Below, in pieces: positions 11,976 through 25,831 of a DNA stretch of 64,000 nucleotides (the first letter of the stretch is position 1; every line of letters starts with the position of its first letter). The stretch is taken from positions 2,114,222 to 2,178,221 of the forward strand of contig NW_003314261.1 of NCBI RefSeq assembly GCF_000143415.4, in the 5' to 3' direction. Source of the DNA: Selaginella moellendorffii. Its lineage: Eukaryota; Plantae; Lycopodiophyta. The notes under the pieces were generated by a model. The model did no database searches. It was given only the letters and a program-made list of their open reading frames with translations, and had not been told where the DNA came from. The position numbers and the translations under genes were made by a program.

Positions 11976-14415
11976 TTACGACGGAATTGGCTCGTTGAGC
12001 GAGAGGGACGCCAGCTCTGTCGAGGGCGACCTCTGGGCCTGCCTCAGCACCTCCATGGCCTCCGCAACTTTGGCTTTCAGAGCATCCGGTGCCTCGAGAA
12101 GATGGAGGATCTCAGTCTGATCCATCTCGAGCAGCATACCAGTTACCTTTCCGGCGTGGTCATGCTCGAGCTGGTCGACCAGAGGATACAGCTGCTCTCC
12201 CAGCATCTACACGCAATCGAGACTCGCGTAAGAAAACGGTGCACACGGGACGTACCAAAAACAAATCCAAATCTACGTACCACTCGTTGGTGCTCGGGAG
12301 ACGCGGAAGCCAGAGCGGATGCAAGCGCACCGATGGGTAACGACGGCGGAAGCGGGGAAACAGGAGTCAGAGGCACGCTTGGTATCTCCAGCGGAACAGG
12401 CAGCACATTCACGAGTTGCGGTGGTACGGGAACCTCGGGAGTGTTCCTGGCCGAGGGAGTGTACCGGAAATTCCGATTACCTCGGATCATCTGAAACGAC
12501 GGCAAACACCCATGTCAAATGGATGCAAGAAGTTACGAAGTACAATAAGTATTCGGTGAACCTGTTGCTGCGGTGGTGGCAGCTGCTGCTGTGGCACTGG
12601 CGTTCCAGCGGCTCCGCGCCGTGCTCCGGCTGCTCGCTGTCCTCCTTGAGGTCCTTGCCTTTGAACAACAGGTACAAAATAACTAGGCAATTGACCGCCG
12701 CCTGGCCGCATTCCTAGCATTTGCTGCTGATAAGCAAATCCAGCTGGCTGCAAGACGAAACCGGAAGAACTTAGAAGACATCCCCATGTAGGAGATGAGT
12801 AAATATGTCACCTGTGGAGGCATCAACGCGGGTGGCTGGCCGTAAAACAGTTGCTGACCAAGCCCCGGTGCTCCAGGATGATACATTGGCATCGTAGTCG
12901 CAACACCGACGGGACTCCTCATCTGAGCGAACTGAGCCTGCACAAATGATGACTTGAGATAAGCGTAAGACCTTAGTAAGTCCTCGGGCTTACCTGTAGT
13001 TTGGCTCGCCTTTCCTCTTTCCTTTGTGCCATGGCAACGTAGATTGGTTTGCTTCCGATCATCTTTCCGTTCATTTCAATCGTCTGAAAGTTCCACATGT
13101 TATCGTAACAGTTGCTATAACAGATTAGAATAAAAGTAGGCAAACATACCGCACGATTGGCTTCTTCTGGGGCGGAATATGCAACAAATCCTGATCCTTT
13201 GCTTTGACCTTGAGCATCCCGCATTACCTGTTACACGATACCATTTAGCGAGCCAAAATGAAACGCAAACAAAGCGTTCTAACCTTGCACGAGGTAATAG
13301 AACCGAAATCGGCAAATATTTCGCGAAGCCTTTCATCGTCAACGTCGTCGTCCAGATTCTTCAGGTATAAGTTCGCGCCCTGATATCTGTCAATACGCTC
13401 CTTGCGCTCTTGTTCGTACTTCGCCCTGAGCTCTGCCTCCCTTTCGGACTTTTTCTGCGCTCTACCCACGTACCATTCTTTGTCTTCGATTTTCTTTCCA
13501 TTCAGGCCTACAACAGCCTTAGCAGCCTCGTCCGGATTCTCAAAGTTGACGAAGCCGAAACACTTCGACTTTCCATCGGAGTCCCTCATCACCACGGCGC
13601 TTGTGATCTTTCCAAATGCACCGAAAACCTCCTTGAGTTCGTCGTCGGTGGTGGATTCACCCAGGTTCTTCACAAACACGTTGTTGAACTTGCCGTTCTG
13701 TTCTCTTTCCTGGCGCCTAACGAAAGGACCAACGAACACCTGTTTCTCCGCAACGAGCATCCCGTTCACCTTGTCAATGGCAACCTGGGCAGACTCTTCC
13801 TGCTCAAACTGAACAAACCCATAGCCCTTCGACTGCCCGTTGGAGTCCGTGGCCACCTTACAAGAGAGAATGTTTCCAAAGCTCACAAACGTGTCGTGGA
13901 GAGCCTTGTTGTCGATGGCCCTGTCGAGATTCTGTGAAAACACGAAGATTATACTCTCAAACCCGGAAGAATTCAAATACTTCTACTGATAGTACCTTGA
14001 TGAAGATGTTAGCAGTTCCACTCTTGCGAATGCTAGGATCTCGGTGAGAAAACATGATACGCACAGCCTTGCCATTCACAGGAGTGAAGTTAAGAAGCTC
14101 CAGCGCACGCGTTGCTGATAATAGAACAAAAGAAAAGGCGTTTAGTGGTACCAATAAAAGCGTGGAAACAAAGCAAAGCACCATACCGTCTTGGACGTTG
14201 TTGTAATTCACATAAGCGTAGCCCAGAGACCTCCTCGTCATGAGATCGCGGCAAACCCTGATCGAGAGGACCTGCCCAATCTGGTTGAAGAGATCATACA
14301 GCTGATTCTCGCTGACATTGGGATCCAAATCCCCGACGTAGAGCGAGGTCGACACGAACTGATTGATCCCGGGAATCACAGGCGACTGGACCAAAGGCGA
14401 CGGGAGCTGGGCCAT
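11976..14415 (-). CDS. PAB: Cytoplasmic polyadenylate-binding protein (4 RRM + MLLE)
   Basis: [17 protein letters not shown]; SKGYGFVQF; SKCFGFVNF; C-terminal [22 protein letters not shown]. Confidence 0.96.
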
Positions 14416-15177
14416 TTCTGCCGGGCTAGCTGCTGTTCTCGAGATTTCTTGGGAAATTTTTTTCGTTTTCTCGCTAAAGAAGAGAAGAACCAGACCTTTT
14501 TTGTGATTTTCTGCTCGAGCGCCCTCCGCGATCCACCCCGATCCCTACCGAGAAGAACGAAGACTGCCGCCGCCGGAGATCGATCGCAAAACCCTGGATT
14601 AGGGTTGTGAGGAGGAGGCGCTCAAGATAAAGAAGAAATGGGGGAGGAGAAAGAGGAGGAAGGGAGGAGGGGGGATGGAGGGCTGGGCGATGGAAAGAGG
14701 CTGACGAGCCCTAACACCGGCCAACAAAGCACTGGGCGAGGGTACATTGGCGAGAAAACCCAGGCACGGACGTGACGCACGGAATGCAATCTAGCTTTAG
14801 GACTTAATTAGCCCCGCCGCCGTATGCTTTGTTTTTCTTTTCTTTTCCATGCATTTGCTTCGCTACTTACCAGGCATGTCAAGAGCAAGGCACGAATCTA
14901 AAGTTTGATTAAATCTTCTCTACTTGTTTGTCGAAGAGTCTCCCATGACTATTTCTATCATACGATTCCTAAAATACTATAGAGTGATGGAGCGATGGAA
15001 ATTTCTGCTGCAGTGGCAAAGAACTTCCTGATAAGAATTCTTCCAAGGACAAAGCATATTAACTTCGTCGAACTTCTTCTATAACCTGGCAAGGGAAAAT
15101 TTAGAACCAGATCAAATCATCCAGTAACTGTAGCAGTTATAAGACTGTGAAGGAAGGAACTTGAGAAGCATACCGTA

Positions 15178-16924
15178 TTAGCTTGACCCTCTAGAGACTG
15201 GAATTCTGCTCGTTACAGCCAGACCGTATCCTCGCAAGCCAAGGAACTTTGCGGGATTGTTGGTCATCAGCCTCATCGTTCTCACTCCAATGTCTCTCAA
15301 GATCTGGAACATCAATACAGTGATCAAACAGAAAGAGAAGGAAGAGAAGGAAAGCAAAGAAAGAAAAAACTAACCTGAGCACCAATGCCGTAGTCACGCG
15401 AATCCACTGCGGTTTCTTCCACGATGGATTCGCCTCCATCCATCATGCTGTAAGCTGAGAGTTTTTCCGCGAGGCCGACCCGCATTCCCTCGTGACCACG
15501 CAAGTAGACGAGCACGCCCCGGCCGGCGCTCTCGATTCTTTGCATGGCGTGAGCGAGGCTGTCACGGCACGGGCATCTCAAAGAGCCAAGGATGTCACCA
15601 GTGAGGCATTCAGAGTGAACTCTCACAAGCACGTCTTGTCCGTCGCCAATATCACCCTGAGAACAACTTTAGAGTTGAGAACGAAGGAAAAAAACCAGAA
15701 AAAAAAAAAAACGAAAAACCGTAAAATGCACACCTTCACATACGCGACGTGCTCAATGCTATTGAGCTTTGATTTGTAGCTATAAGCTTTAAAATCCCCC
15801 CACTTGGTTGGAAGTCGAGCGACTGCAGTTCTTTCGACAAGCTTCTCCCTCTTTTTCATGTACCTGGAACAACGAAAATCCCGTCGGCACTGACTCACAA
15901 AGCTTCGTTCGTACGTACGACGCACTTTACCTTCCTAAATCGGCAACTTTAATGAATGGAAATCCGCGTTGTGCTGCAAACTTGCTCAATTCTGGCAGTC
16001 CTTGGACCGCAAGATGTGTGGTCACAGCAACACTCGGCAGCCCAGCTAAAGTTACAAGATCCATAGCGGCTTCTGCAAAACCAAGCCTGTATAGAACTCC
16101 ATCTCTATGAGTCCGAATAGGATAAATGTGTCCCGGCTTTCGAAAGTGTTCCGATCTGGAGTCGGGCGACGCAAGCGCAAGAATTGTGTTTGCACGATCT
16201 TGGGACGAGACACCAGTCGTCGTCCCCAGCTTCGCATCCTGAAAAAACAAGTTTTGCATTCAGCTATCTATGCATTGGAAGAACAAACAAGCTTAACATA
16301 CCACAGACACCGTTTGTGCTTGCTCTGGCGTAGGTTCGTTCTCGCCGTGCTCTCGAACCATTAACTGGATTCTCAGTCGGTCCAAGAGCTTCGGGCTCAT
16401 GGGACAGTACATCAAGCCACTGCCTGCTTTCACAAAGAAATGAGCGTCTTGAGGTGTGATCAAGCTTGCCGCCATCACCAAATGCCCCGTATCTTTTCCG
16501 TCGACGAGCACCACGTACTAATCCATCCCAACAAGAACATCGTAAGCAAACACATTGGTTTAAGAAAATAATTCTCTCAATCTCTTACCTTTCCTTCGCC
16601 GATCGCCTCGATCGCCTCCGATATCTGCGAGAACCCCTCCATTGGCTTGTCCGGATCCCCTTGCACATCGCTGACGAAGAATTTGTCGATGACTGGCGTG
16701 ATCTGAGCTGAGATCGTCTCCAATCCGGGCGCTCTAGTAGCCGCATCATCATCGGATGCCGCTTTGCAGCACAATCCCGACCTCCGGGACGCGGGAAGTG
16801 GAAATCTCACTGCAGCGCCCGGGTAATTCGACGCCCTAGGGGCTCTCGGACACAATGCGGTGCTAGCACCTGGCACTAGAGCCCTAAACATTAAGCAATC
16901 CATTCTCTGGGGGTTCGAATCCAT
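15178..16924 (-). CDS. Plastid RIBA3-like protein: degenerate DHBP-synthase domain + divergent GTP cyclohydrolase II
   Basis: Transit-peptide-like N-terminus; [11 protein letters not shown]; [17 protein letters not shown]; [37 protein letters not shown]; the ENEGD motif is missing. Confidence 0.88.
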
Positions 16925-17032
16925 AGGGTTATATTACATCTTTTACCATTATAATCTTTAACCATTGTAATTGCCACATCACTAAAAAACTATGCCAACA
17001 AGGCGCCATGTCACAAAAGCATACACCTTAGT

Positions 17033-18367
17033 CTAAGATGTTGGTAGCGGAGGCGACGTTGGAAGGCCGTTTGCGGGTAAACCATTGGCGGCGCCGCCCT
17101 GGCCCTCTCCCTCTTCCACCGGAGGTTCTCCTCTTTCTTTCCTCAATCGATCCCTCTCGGCGATCAAGAACTTCATATCAGTAGACGTCGATCCGGTCTC
17201 TTTTTGCAATCGCTCTCTTTCGTCCTGGAGGCTCTTCATGATCCAGTTGACGACTGTCAAGTTGTGGAGAGTGGTTTCGGCAAAGTACCTGGAAGAAGAA
17301 ACACCAAAGAGAGATCAAGTCGCGAAATGGAAGAGCTCGAAGAACTTTTACCTGTTTAAGTCAGTAACCGAGAGAATCGGGATCAAGTTCTCCTTGGAGA
17401 ATCGCTGGAGCTTTGGGAGTCGGGGATTTAGATCCTCTTTGTCGTAGACCAGCTGAGAAACCAGGGCGCCCCTCGGCAGGCGATTCAGAGTGATGAGATC
17501 CAGCGCCGCCTCTGGAGTTCCAGCTCGCTTGCCAGAGCCTTGATAACGCAGAGGATAAACGTATCCGGGACTTACGAACATGTCCGGCTTGGATTCTGGA
17601 TTTAAGAGTGCTAAAACGGTGTTTGTTCTTGCACCCACGGAGGCTCCAGTTGCAGTGCCAGATCTTTCGTCCTGGAAAACACAAAGAACAGAAACTAAAT
17701 CAAAGAAGAGAAGACAGCAATTCTCAACGTTTACATACCACGGAAACTCTCGCTTCATCGGTCATGCTTCCTCTCGCACCAATTTGGAGCTCGTCTAGAC
17801 GCTCGCTGCTCAGCACACAAAAAAGACCTTGCATGCAGTATCGATCGACAAACTGGAGACGATCGGGAGTAACCATACTCGCTGCCATCACCAAGTATCC
17901 AACGCTACGTCCATCCACAAGGTCGACAAGAATCACAAACTGCATATAACAGACCCACATTAAGTACTCGCAATTAGCAATTTATTTGTACAAACCTTGC
18001 CCGCTTTAATCGCCTTGGAAGCGTCAGAGATCGATGAATAGCCCTCGGTGGGAACATCCGGATCGTTTTCATCGTTTGTGAAGAGATCGCTGATGTAAGG
18101 TATGGGATCAGTCTCCTCAATCGTAATCCCTGGCCCGGTATCTACTGGCGCATCTGTGGAAGCCTCGGCCGCCGCAGAGGCCCTCGTGGCGAATCTATCG
18201 GCCGCATTTCCATTTCTAAAGGCGCTGCTGAATCCTAGAAACATACCGCGCCGGAGAATGCCGCCATTGAATCCGACGAAACTGGCGCTCGCGCCCGCGC
18301 TCCAAACCCTAGGCGCCGGAGCCCTGGCAAGAAGCGCACTCCCAGAGGGCGCACAATATGCCGCCAT
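17033..18367 (-). CDS. RIBA-derived paralog: transit peptide + degenerate DHBP-synthase (RibB) fold + novel charged/coiled-coil tail; no GCHII domain
   Basis: DPDVPTEGYSSI..KAGK|FVILVD..LVMAA; TATGASVGAR; SPGYVYPLRY; IPILSVTDLNR|Y, then an unrelated tail; introns at the same positions as in the neighbouring RIBA gene. Confidence 0.8.
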
Positions 18368-18710
18368 AGCTCTTTCCCTCGCTCAAGGGTTTGGATAAGG
18401 GTTTTAGGCAAATATCTCACGACGACGTGGCAAAGTCTACGTGGCAAGCGATCCGGCCGCTGGACATCGACGGCAAGGATGAACCGATTATTTCTTTCGA
18501 CTCCGTACATTCCACGATATCTGACGGTCCGGATACGGGCAAGTACGGCAGCGTCTTTCTTCTAGGGTTTTCTTAGGGTTTGTGCGTTCGGGACCGGGGG
18601 GGGGAATAGCATGGTCGCATGAATCTCAGATCCATCGCCGGCGCGGGATTGCGTGGAAGCAATCTTGACATCGCATCGGCAGGGAGGAAATTTCGGGCGC
18701 TCCATTTGCG

Positions 18711-21700
18711 ATGGAGAGCTTGGCGCAGCTGGAGGCCCTGTGCGACCGGCTCTACAATTCCCAGGATCCGGCGGAGCGAGCTCATGCCGAGAGCACCTTG
18801 CAGTGCTTCTCGACGAATTTGGACTACATTTCGCAGTGTCAGCTCATCCTAGAGAGCTCATCGTCTCCCTATGCGCAGCTGCTGGCATCTTCGAGCCTTC
18901 TCAAGCAAGTCACCAATCACACCTTGGCGCTCCAGCTGAGAATCGATATCAGTATGTAGCATCTTCTTTTTTGGATTGCCGTGAATTTTTTTCTTTCGTT
19001 TTTTTCCCCAGGAAACTATATCTTGAGCTATCTGGCATCGAAAGGACAGGAGCTCCAAGCATTTGTGATCATATCCCTAATCCAGCTCCTCTGCCGTATC
19101 ACAAAACTGGGCTGGAATGACGACGATAGATTCAAGGAGATCACCAAAGAGGCCATGAAATTCATGTCTCAAGCAACAGTGGAGCACTTCTACATTGGTT
19201 TGAGAATCTTGAATCAACTCGTCCAGGAGATGAATCAGGTAAGCCTGCATTGTCCTCGGCTTGCAGCGTTTTTTATCGTTTTTATTTATTTTTGTTTACC
19301 TGCAGCCAAATCCATGCCTCTCTCTGGCGCATCATCGAAAAATTGCCTGTTTCTTTCGCGACTCGGCGCTCCTCCAGATCTTCCAGATTTCACTTACATC
19401 GCTTGGCCAATTGAAACGAGATGGTATGTCTTTAATGTTTCTTTACAGCGTTTATTTATTTCGTTTTTTTTGCAGCTGATGACAGGCTCCGTCAGCAAGC
19501 CATGGGTCTCGCTTTAAAGTGTCTTTCTTTTGACTTTGTAGGGACATCGCAAGATGAAAGCTCTGAGGAGCTTGGTACGATTCAGGTGGAGTGACTATCT
19601 TGCATGATGCTTGCTTGCTGTAATGTCTGCCAATTGCAGATACCTTCTTCATGGAAAGGTTTGCTGGAAGATATGTCGACCATCAACTTGTTTTTCGACT
19701 ATTATGCTATCTCAAAGCCCCCACTTTCAAACCAGGTTTGATTCTACGCTTCACGTACTCTAACAACAGGTTTATGCTAGGCGCTAGAATGTCTCGTTCA
19801 ACTAGCCTCTATTAGAAGAGCTCTGTTTTCGGGCGAAACTGAGCGCATGAAGTTTTTATCGCACTTGCTGTCTGGCACACGAGAAATACTCAGAACTCAA
19901 CAAGGTTGGGCGTTTTAGTGCTTCTTCTGCTCATTCGGATGGTGTGCCTTGTGTTTTCACAGGACTGTCGGAGCACGTTAACTATCACGAGTACTGTCGC
20001 CTCCTTGGGAGGTTGAAGACAAACTATCAAGTAAGCAATCCTTTGTTTTATGTAGACTTATATTTGCTGATGACCTCGCTACCAGCTTTCTGAGTTGATA
20101 AGTGTAGAAAACTATAATGACTGGATCCGATTGGTGGCTGAGTTCACAATAAGGTCGTTTCAATCTTGGCAGGTACTACAAATCTGATTTTTTGTTCTTG
20201 TTCACCTCCGAATCCTGTGATATCTGTAGTGGGCCAGCGGAAGCGTATATTACCTTTTGGGCCTCTGGTCCCGGCTCGTGTCGTCAGTTCCATATCTTAA
20301 AAGTAATTTTCCTAGTCTACTCGATGCATACGTCCCCAAAATAACGGAGGCTTATATAACATCACGCTTTGATTCTGTACAGGTAACGAAATTTGTTGAA
20401 TTTTTTTGTAAGATTTCTTAATATCCTGAGCAGGCGATCGTTCAAAACAATTTGGCTGAAGATCCTCTTGACAACGAGGAACATCTGCAAGATCAACTTG
20501 ATAGTCTTCCATTTCTTTGTCGATTTCAGGTGCTGCTGTTTGTGAGTAATACAGATCGCTGATGACTTTGTTTCTTGTTTTTATACGTAGTACGAGAGAT
20601 CTAGTGCTTTCATCCTGCAATTGCTTGATCCAATTCTACAATCATTCACGGTATGAAGGCATGCTATAACTTCTACTCAGACGCTAATACATGTCACTCC
20701 AGGAAGCCTCACGTGTTCCAAATCCTGCTGAAGGTTCTCGACTTAGTATAATTGAAGGCCAATTAACATGGCTGGTTCATATTATTGGGTCCATTATAAA
20801 GATCAGGCAGAATTCGGCATCCAGGTATTTGTAACTACCATTCAGGCTTTTCTTAATATTCTCGGTTTTTGTTCTGCAGTGCAGAGGTTCACGAAGTCAT
20901 AGACGGAGAACTTTCAGCACGAGTGTTTCAACTTCTCCAAGTAACGGATTCTGGCTCGCATGTACAGGTGTGCTTCTACGTCGTAAACGCTTTTCATAAT
21001 TTCTGTTTTTTTTTTTCTCAACAGAGATATGGTGAACGAAGCAAGCAACGCTTAGATATTGCTTTACTGTCTTTCTTTCAGCATTTTCGCAAAGTATACG
21101 TCGGGGAGCATTCTTCTAAGGTAATCGCGTTGCTATTGGTCCTCTTGTCTTGCTAAACCGTCTTTTTTCATATCAGCAATTGTATGCTCGGCTTAGCGAA
21201 CTTGGGGTGCAAGATAATTTAGTGGCCTTAAATATTATCGTTGCGAAGATTGCGACCGACCTCAAGTGCTACGCTCAGGTTCCTCACGTCTTTATTTTTC
21301 CAATTTTTTTTTTAACAAAGCAATCCTTAGTGCGAGGATGTTATTCAACAAGCACTGAACCTTTTTCAAGAGTTGCCTACCGGGTAGGGTGTTCAACATG
21401 AATTTTGCATCTCATTATCTGTTTTCTCTTCTGCAGATACATGAGTGGAAAACTTTTGTTGAAGTTGGATGCTGTGAATTTTATCCTCGCAAACCACACG
21501 GTAAGCATATTTGTATAGTAGTGATTTCGCCAGGTTTATTTTCAGTAGTTTGCTCGGTAAAAAACATTTGAAATGTTTGGACAACCAGATACAATGGTTT
21601 TGAGGTTGCAGAGGGAGCATTTTTCTTTTCTGGATGAGCCTTCCAACTCGAGGCATCGGACGACGTTCTACTTCACCATAGGGCGGTTGGTGTTCATGGA

Positions 21701-23349
21701 GGATTCCGTGTCGAGGTTCCGCACTGCAATCGCCCCTTTGCAGCAGGTTTCATGCATCCTCTTTCTTTTGCTAGTTATTAAGTTTTGTTTCTCTCAACAG
21801 GTCTTTCTGAGTTTGGAGGCGACTCCAGATTCGGCATTCAGATCCGATGCTGTTAAATATACCATTATCGGATTGATGCGGGATTTGAGGGGCATTACAA
21901 TGGCTACAAACAGGTGGAACTTAAATGTTTGAAAGGTTGCTAAAACTTGTCCACAGTCGGAAAACGTTTACCCCGCTATTCGATTGGCTGTATCCAGCTC
22001 ATTTCTCTGTTATTATCAGAGCTCTTGGTCATTTGGTAGATACTCCAGAGGTACTCTTACACGCTTGCTGTTTTCTTGTCTGCTTATTTGCTGGTTCCAG
22101 GTGACGACGCCGTTGTTGAAGTTCATGGCTGAATTTGTCGTGAACAAGACCCAGCGCCTTACGTTTGAGTCTTCATCGCCCAATGGAATTTTGCTCTTTC
22201 GAGAGATCAGTAAGCTATTGGTAGCTTATGGAAATGGAATAATGGCACTTCCAACGCCCTCTGACATATATGCATACAAGTATAAGGGCATCTGGATAGC
22301 TCTGGTTATTCTTACTCGAGGTTTGCTCTTTGTTGCCTTGGAAGATTTGTCTGATGAAGAGTTTCTTTGACAGCTTTGGGTGGAAATTATGTAAATTTCG
22401 GTGTTTTTGAGCTCTACGGCGATCCTGCTCTCGCCGATGCGTTGGACGTAGCTTTGAAGATGTCGTTTTCAATACCGTTAGCCGACATCGCCGCATATCG
22501 CAAGGTACTGCTATTAATGAGAGAAGCCAAACACACCGCTCGTTTTTTGTGGCAGGTTGCACGATCATATTATGCTTTTTTCGAGGTTTTGTGTCACCAC
22601 CATTTGTCGGTCATTGTGAACCTTGACACACCAACATTTTCACATGTTCTGGGTTCACTGGAGGCGGGTCTCAAATCTTTAGATGCCAGTATTTCTTCAC
22701 AGGTTCGTACCTTTGCTTTTTCGCATTTTGTTTTTACGTTTCCTTTTTTCCTTGACTTGGTGTTTTAGTGTGCAAGCGCTGTAGACAATATGTCGGCATA
22801 CTACTTCACACACATCACTCTAGGAGAGTCCCCCACCTCACCAATGTCAATCAACTTTGCAAGGCACATACAGGAGCGGCCAAATATCTTCCCACAGGTA
22901 TGTTTCGAGGCTTTGATAGCATGATAACCTTTTTCTCTTGCAGCTCTTAAAGTCGCTCTTTGAATTGGTGCTGTTTGAGGAATGCTCCAACCAATGGAGC
23001 ATAAGCCGACCTATTCTGGCGTTGATTCTGATAAATGAGCAGGTCTGTCGGCTCGTTTTGCTTCTGCTAGGCTAACGTTCTCTTTTCTTCAGGCATACAC
23101 TGACATCAAGATCCAAATTATTGCTTCACAGGTTTTACTTTATCCCCTTGTCACAAGAGTTTGGCTCGCGCTTTTAATGACCATGCCTTTTTGCTTTGTT
23201 ATTGCATGCAGCCTCCCGATAGCCAGCAAAAGCTCCTCCTCGGCTTTGAGAAGTTGATGACTGACGTGAACCGAACGTTGGAACCCACGAACAGAGAAAA
23301 GTTCACACAGAACCTGACCATTTTCCGGCACGACTTTCTTGCGAAATGA
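18711..23349 (+). CDS. XPO7: Exportin-7 / RanBP16-like karyopherin (many short introns)
   Basis: MESLAQLEALCDRLYNSQD..; LCRITKLGW; NYHEYCRLLGRLKTNYQ; GNYVNFGVFELYGD; NREKFTQNL. Confidence 0.93.
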
Positions 23350-24610
23350 GTACATAGTCTTCACGCACCGAGATTTTCTTTGGTATAGATACTTCCGGAA
23401 GCTCTTCTCTAAAAGTTGTGAGTATGTTGTGATTTCTCTGTTTCTTCGGTTGGCTAATCCAATCACTCGTCCAGCTGCAGTTTTGGGCGTTGGGGGCTTT
23501 CATCGGATCAGTTTTGTAAATCAGGTAGTAAAAAAGTTTTCATTCCAGCCGGGCGGCCGAGCTTGAGGGAATTGTTACTCTCTCACTCGGTGCTCGTGCC
23601 TGAGGTATGCATCTTCTTTCCATTTTCTTCTCCTTTGTTTTGTGAATATGGAAATCGGATATTATTGGGTATGGTGGGAAAAAGGCTGTTTGGGATTTTC
23701 GATTCTCGCTCACACTGAGATTTTGGATTTGGTAGTGTTGGTCGCAGGAACAAACATTTGTAGGTGGAAGCTGAAGAAGAGCATTAAAAAATTCCACCGG
23801 TAAGCCATCGCTGTGTTCGTTTCTTTTTAATTGTTCCTCGTTCTTGGTCTTGAGTCGGTCGAGCATTATAGTTTGTCTCTCGAGTTTGCGAAGATGATGA
23901 AAGCAACGTGTATGTCTATAAGTTTATACTTATACATGGATGCCCGCTTGTCGGTGTCTTGTCTTTACTCTCCAACCCAGCAGCGATCAACAGGCAACCA
24001 ATCAGTGGTGGTGGATCCAGATTTTTTTCTTATTCAATTCCATCCATTCCAATCCACGGTCTGAGACCTCTTAAAAATCAAGGAAAGTGATCGCACTGAG
24101 TGATCCATGATAGAATCTGTTTAGTAGCTAGAGGAAGAGTCTTTGATCTTCCCAATCTATGGTGACCCCACGGCAGTACAAGGACGCTGAGCTCACACTC
24201 AGAGGACCTGCGTAATACAACAAAAACAGCTGTTGGGAAGAGAAAACGAGGCTCCAACTTATTCCTTGTTTACGCTCGCAAAGCAACGGTGATGGCGAGA
24301 TCGAGAGACTTTTCTTTTAGAAAAAAACGCGCACCCTGTAAGCGATTTACATTAGAACCTCACAAGAACAAACGTAACATCGATGTGTTGTACCGTTGTA
24401 CTAACACCGAGTGATGATGATGCTCCACCCCAACTAAAGTCTCTCAAGAAGAATCTTCTTCTCTCTCTCTCTCTCTTTTCTCTTGCAACATCCTATACAT
24501 ACCTCCTCGTCGTCATACTTGCGCTTGGAAGACAAAGCCACCACTGCTCACTCTCGAGATCGCCGCTAGGTAGGAACAAAGAGACCGTCGTCTGGATCTG
24601 GGATTGATTG

Positions 24611-25831
24611 TCAAGGCTTTGGTGGTGCCGTGTATGTGCACTGCTTGCCCAGGAGCTTGAGGAAGTTCTTGCCGCTGCTGTTCACCGTCACGTCGCACGA
24701 GAAGTAGCTCCTGAACTTCGGCTTGACGAGCTTGCCAAAGACGTAGGCCCGCGACGGCAGCGCGGCTTTAATTTGCAAGGGAACGCCGCCACCGGCCTGT
24801 GTCAGGCTCTGTAGGTTCGGACCCGCGCCATACAGGGGTATCCTGACAGCGACAACGTTCACCGAAAACGCCCTCTTGCTGTTCTTCGCCTGGTAGAACT
24901 TGGCTATCTGTATGTAGTGGAACTGGAAAACGTTAGAAGAGGAGGAATCGGAACTGGAATAGACTAAGCAGCGACTTGCCTTGCCGGTCCCGACGCTCAG
25001 CTGCGTGTAGTCCAGCGTAACATCCGAGTCGCTCACATGAAGCCCAAAGTACTTGGAGGGATTGTGGAACATGACCTTGATCGTGCAGTTCGCCGTTAAG
25101 ACCCGAGTTGGCACGCCTTGGGCACTCCCGTCGACCACGAAAAACTCATTGAAAATGATATCCTGGACACCGCGATCACAGGGAAAACGGAATCAAGACC
25201 CGGCTACGTAAGTAGTGCAAGCAAGCCCGAGACAAGATGCCATAGAAAAAGCTTCGCAATCAGCAATGCACGCAAGCCCAAAACCAAATTCGCTATCCTA
25301 GAACTTGGAACATACCTTGACTCGCAGCTCCGGGGCGCGAGGCCGACAGACTAACCAGAAGATCATAGCGATGAAGCCGAAGACGAGGACGCAGCCCAGG
25401 AAGCTGAGTCCACACATGCAGCACCGCGAGAGGCCCTTCTTGGCTGCGCCGGGCATTTGCTCCTCCTCCTCCATGATGGTGCCGCCGGGAACCCATGGCT
25501 TGTATCCCTTCTTGCGATACCCACCACGCCCGTGAGCATCGCTTCCATACGAAGGCTGTGGCAGCACCTTCCTCGATCCAAGCTTGTGTTGCCCAGACAC
25601 CGTGTCGGCCGAGGAGGCGTTGGAGGAGCGCACGAACGAGTGATGCATGGGCGACGCCGAGGGGCTGATCATGGGCGTGGATTGCACCGAGGGCTTGTAG
25701 TCGCCGTCGTGGGAGTCGCGCGAGGGGCTCTGGACGAAGTAGACCGGATGCCGGGGCGATTGCGGCGGCGAAGGGCCCAGGCTCGTCGCCTCGGAGTCGA
25801 AAGAAGCGCGCATTCTGCCGTGGCGCGACAT
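24611..25831 (-). CDS. Companion of Cellulose synthase (CC1)-like LEA_2/NDR1-HIN1-family membrane protein (3 exons)
   Basis: DSEATSL..SPRHPVYFVQSPSRDSHDG; one TM helix; NPSKYFGLHV; IPLYGAG; SRAYVFGKLVKPKF. Confidence 0.88.

Noticed and set aside
1609-23349. Functional cluster of gene-expression genes (RPB7, ZNF598, PABP, XPO7)
   Set aside because: Housekeeping genes in a compact genome; no evidence of linkage beyond chance
18711-23349. U12-type introns in XPO7
   Set aside because: No RTATCCTT donor seen; ATATCC/GTATCC hits lie in exons or near acceptors
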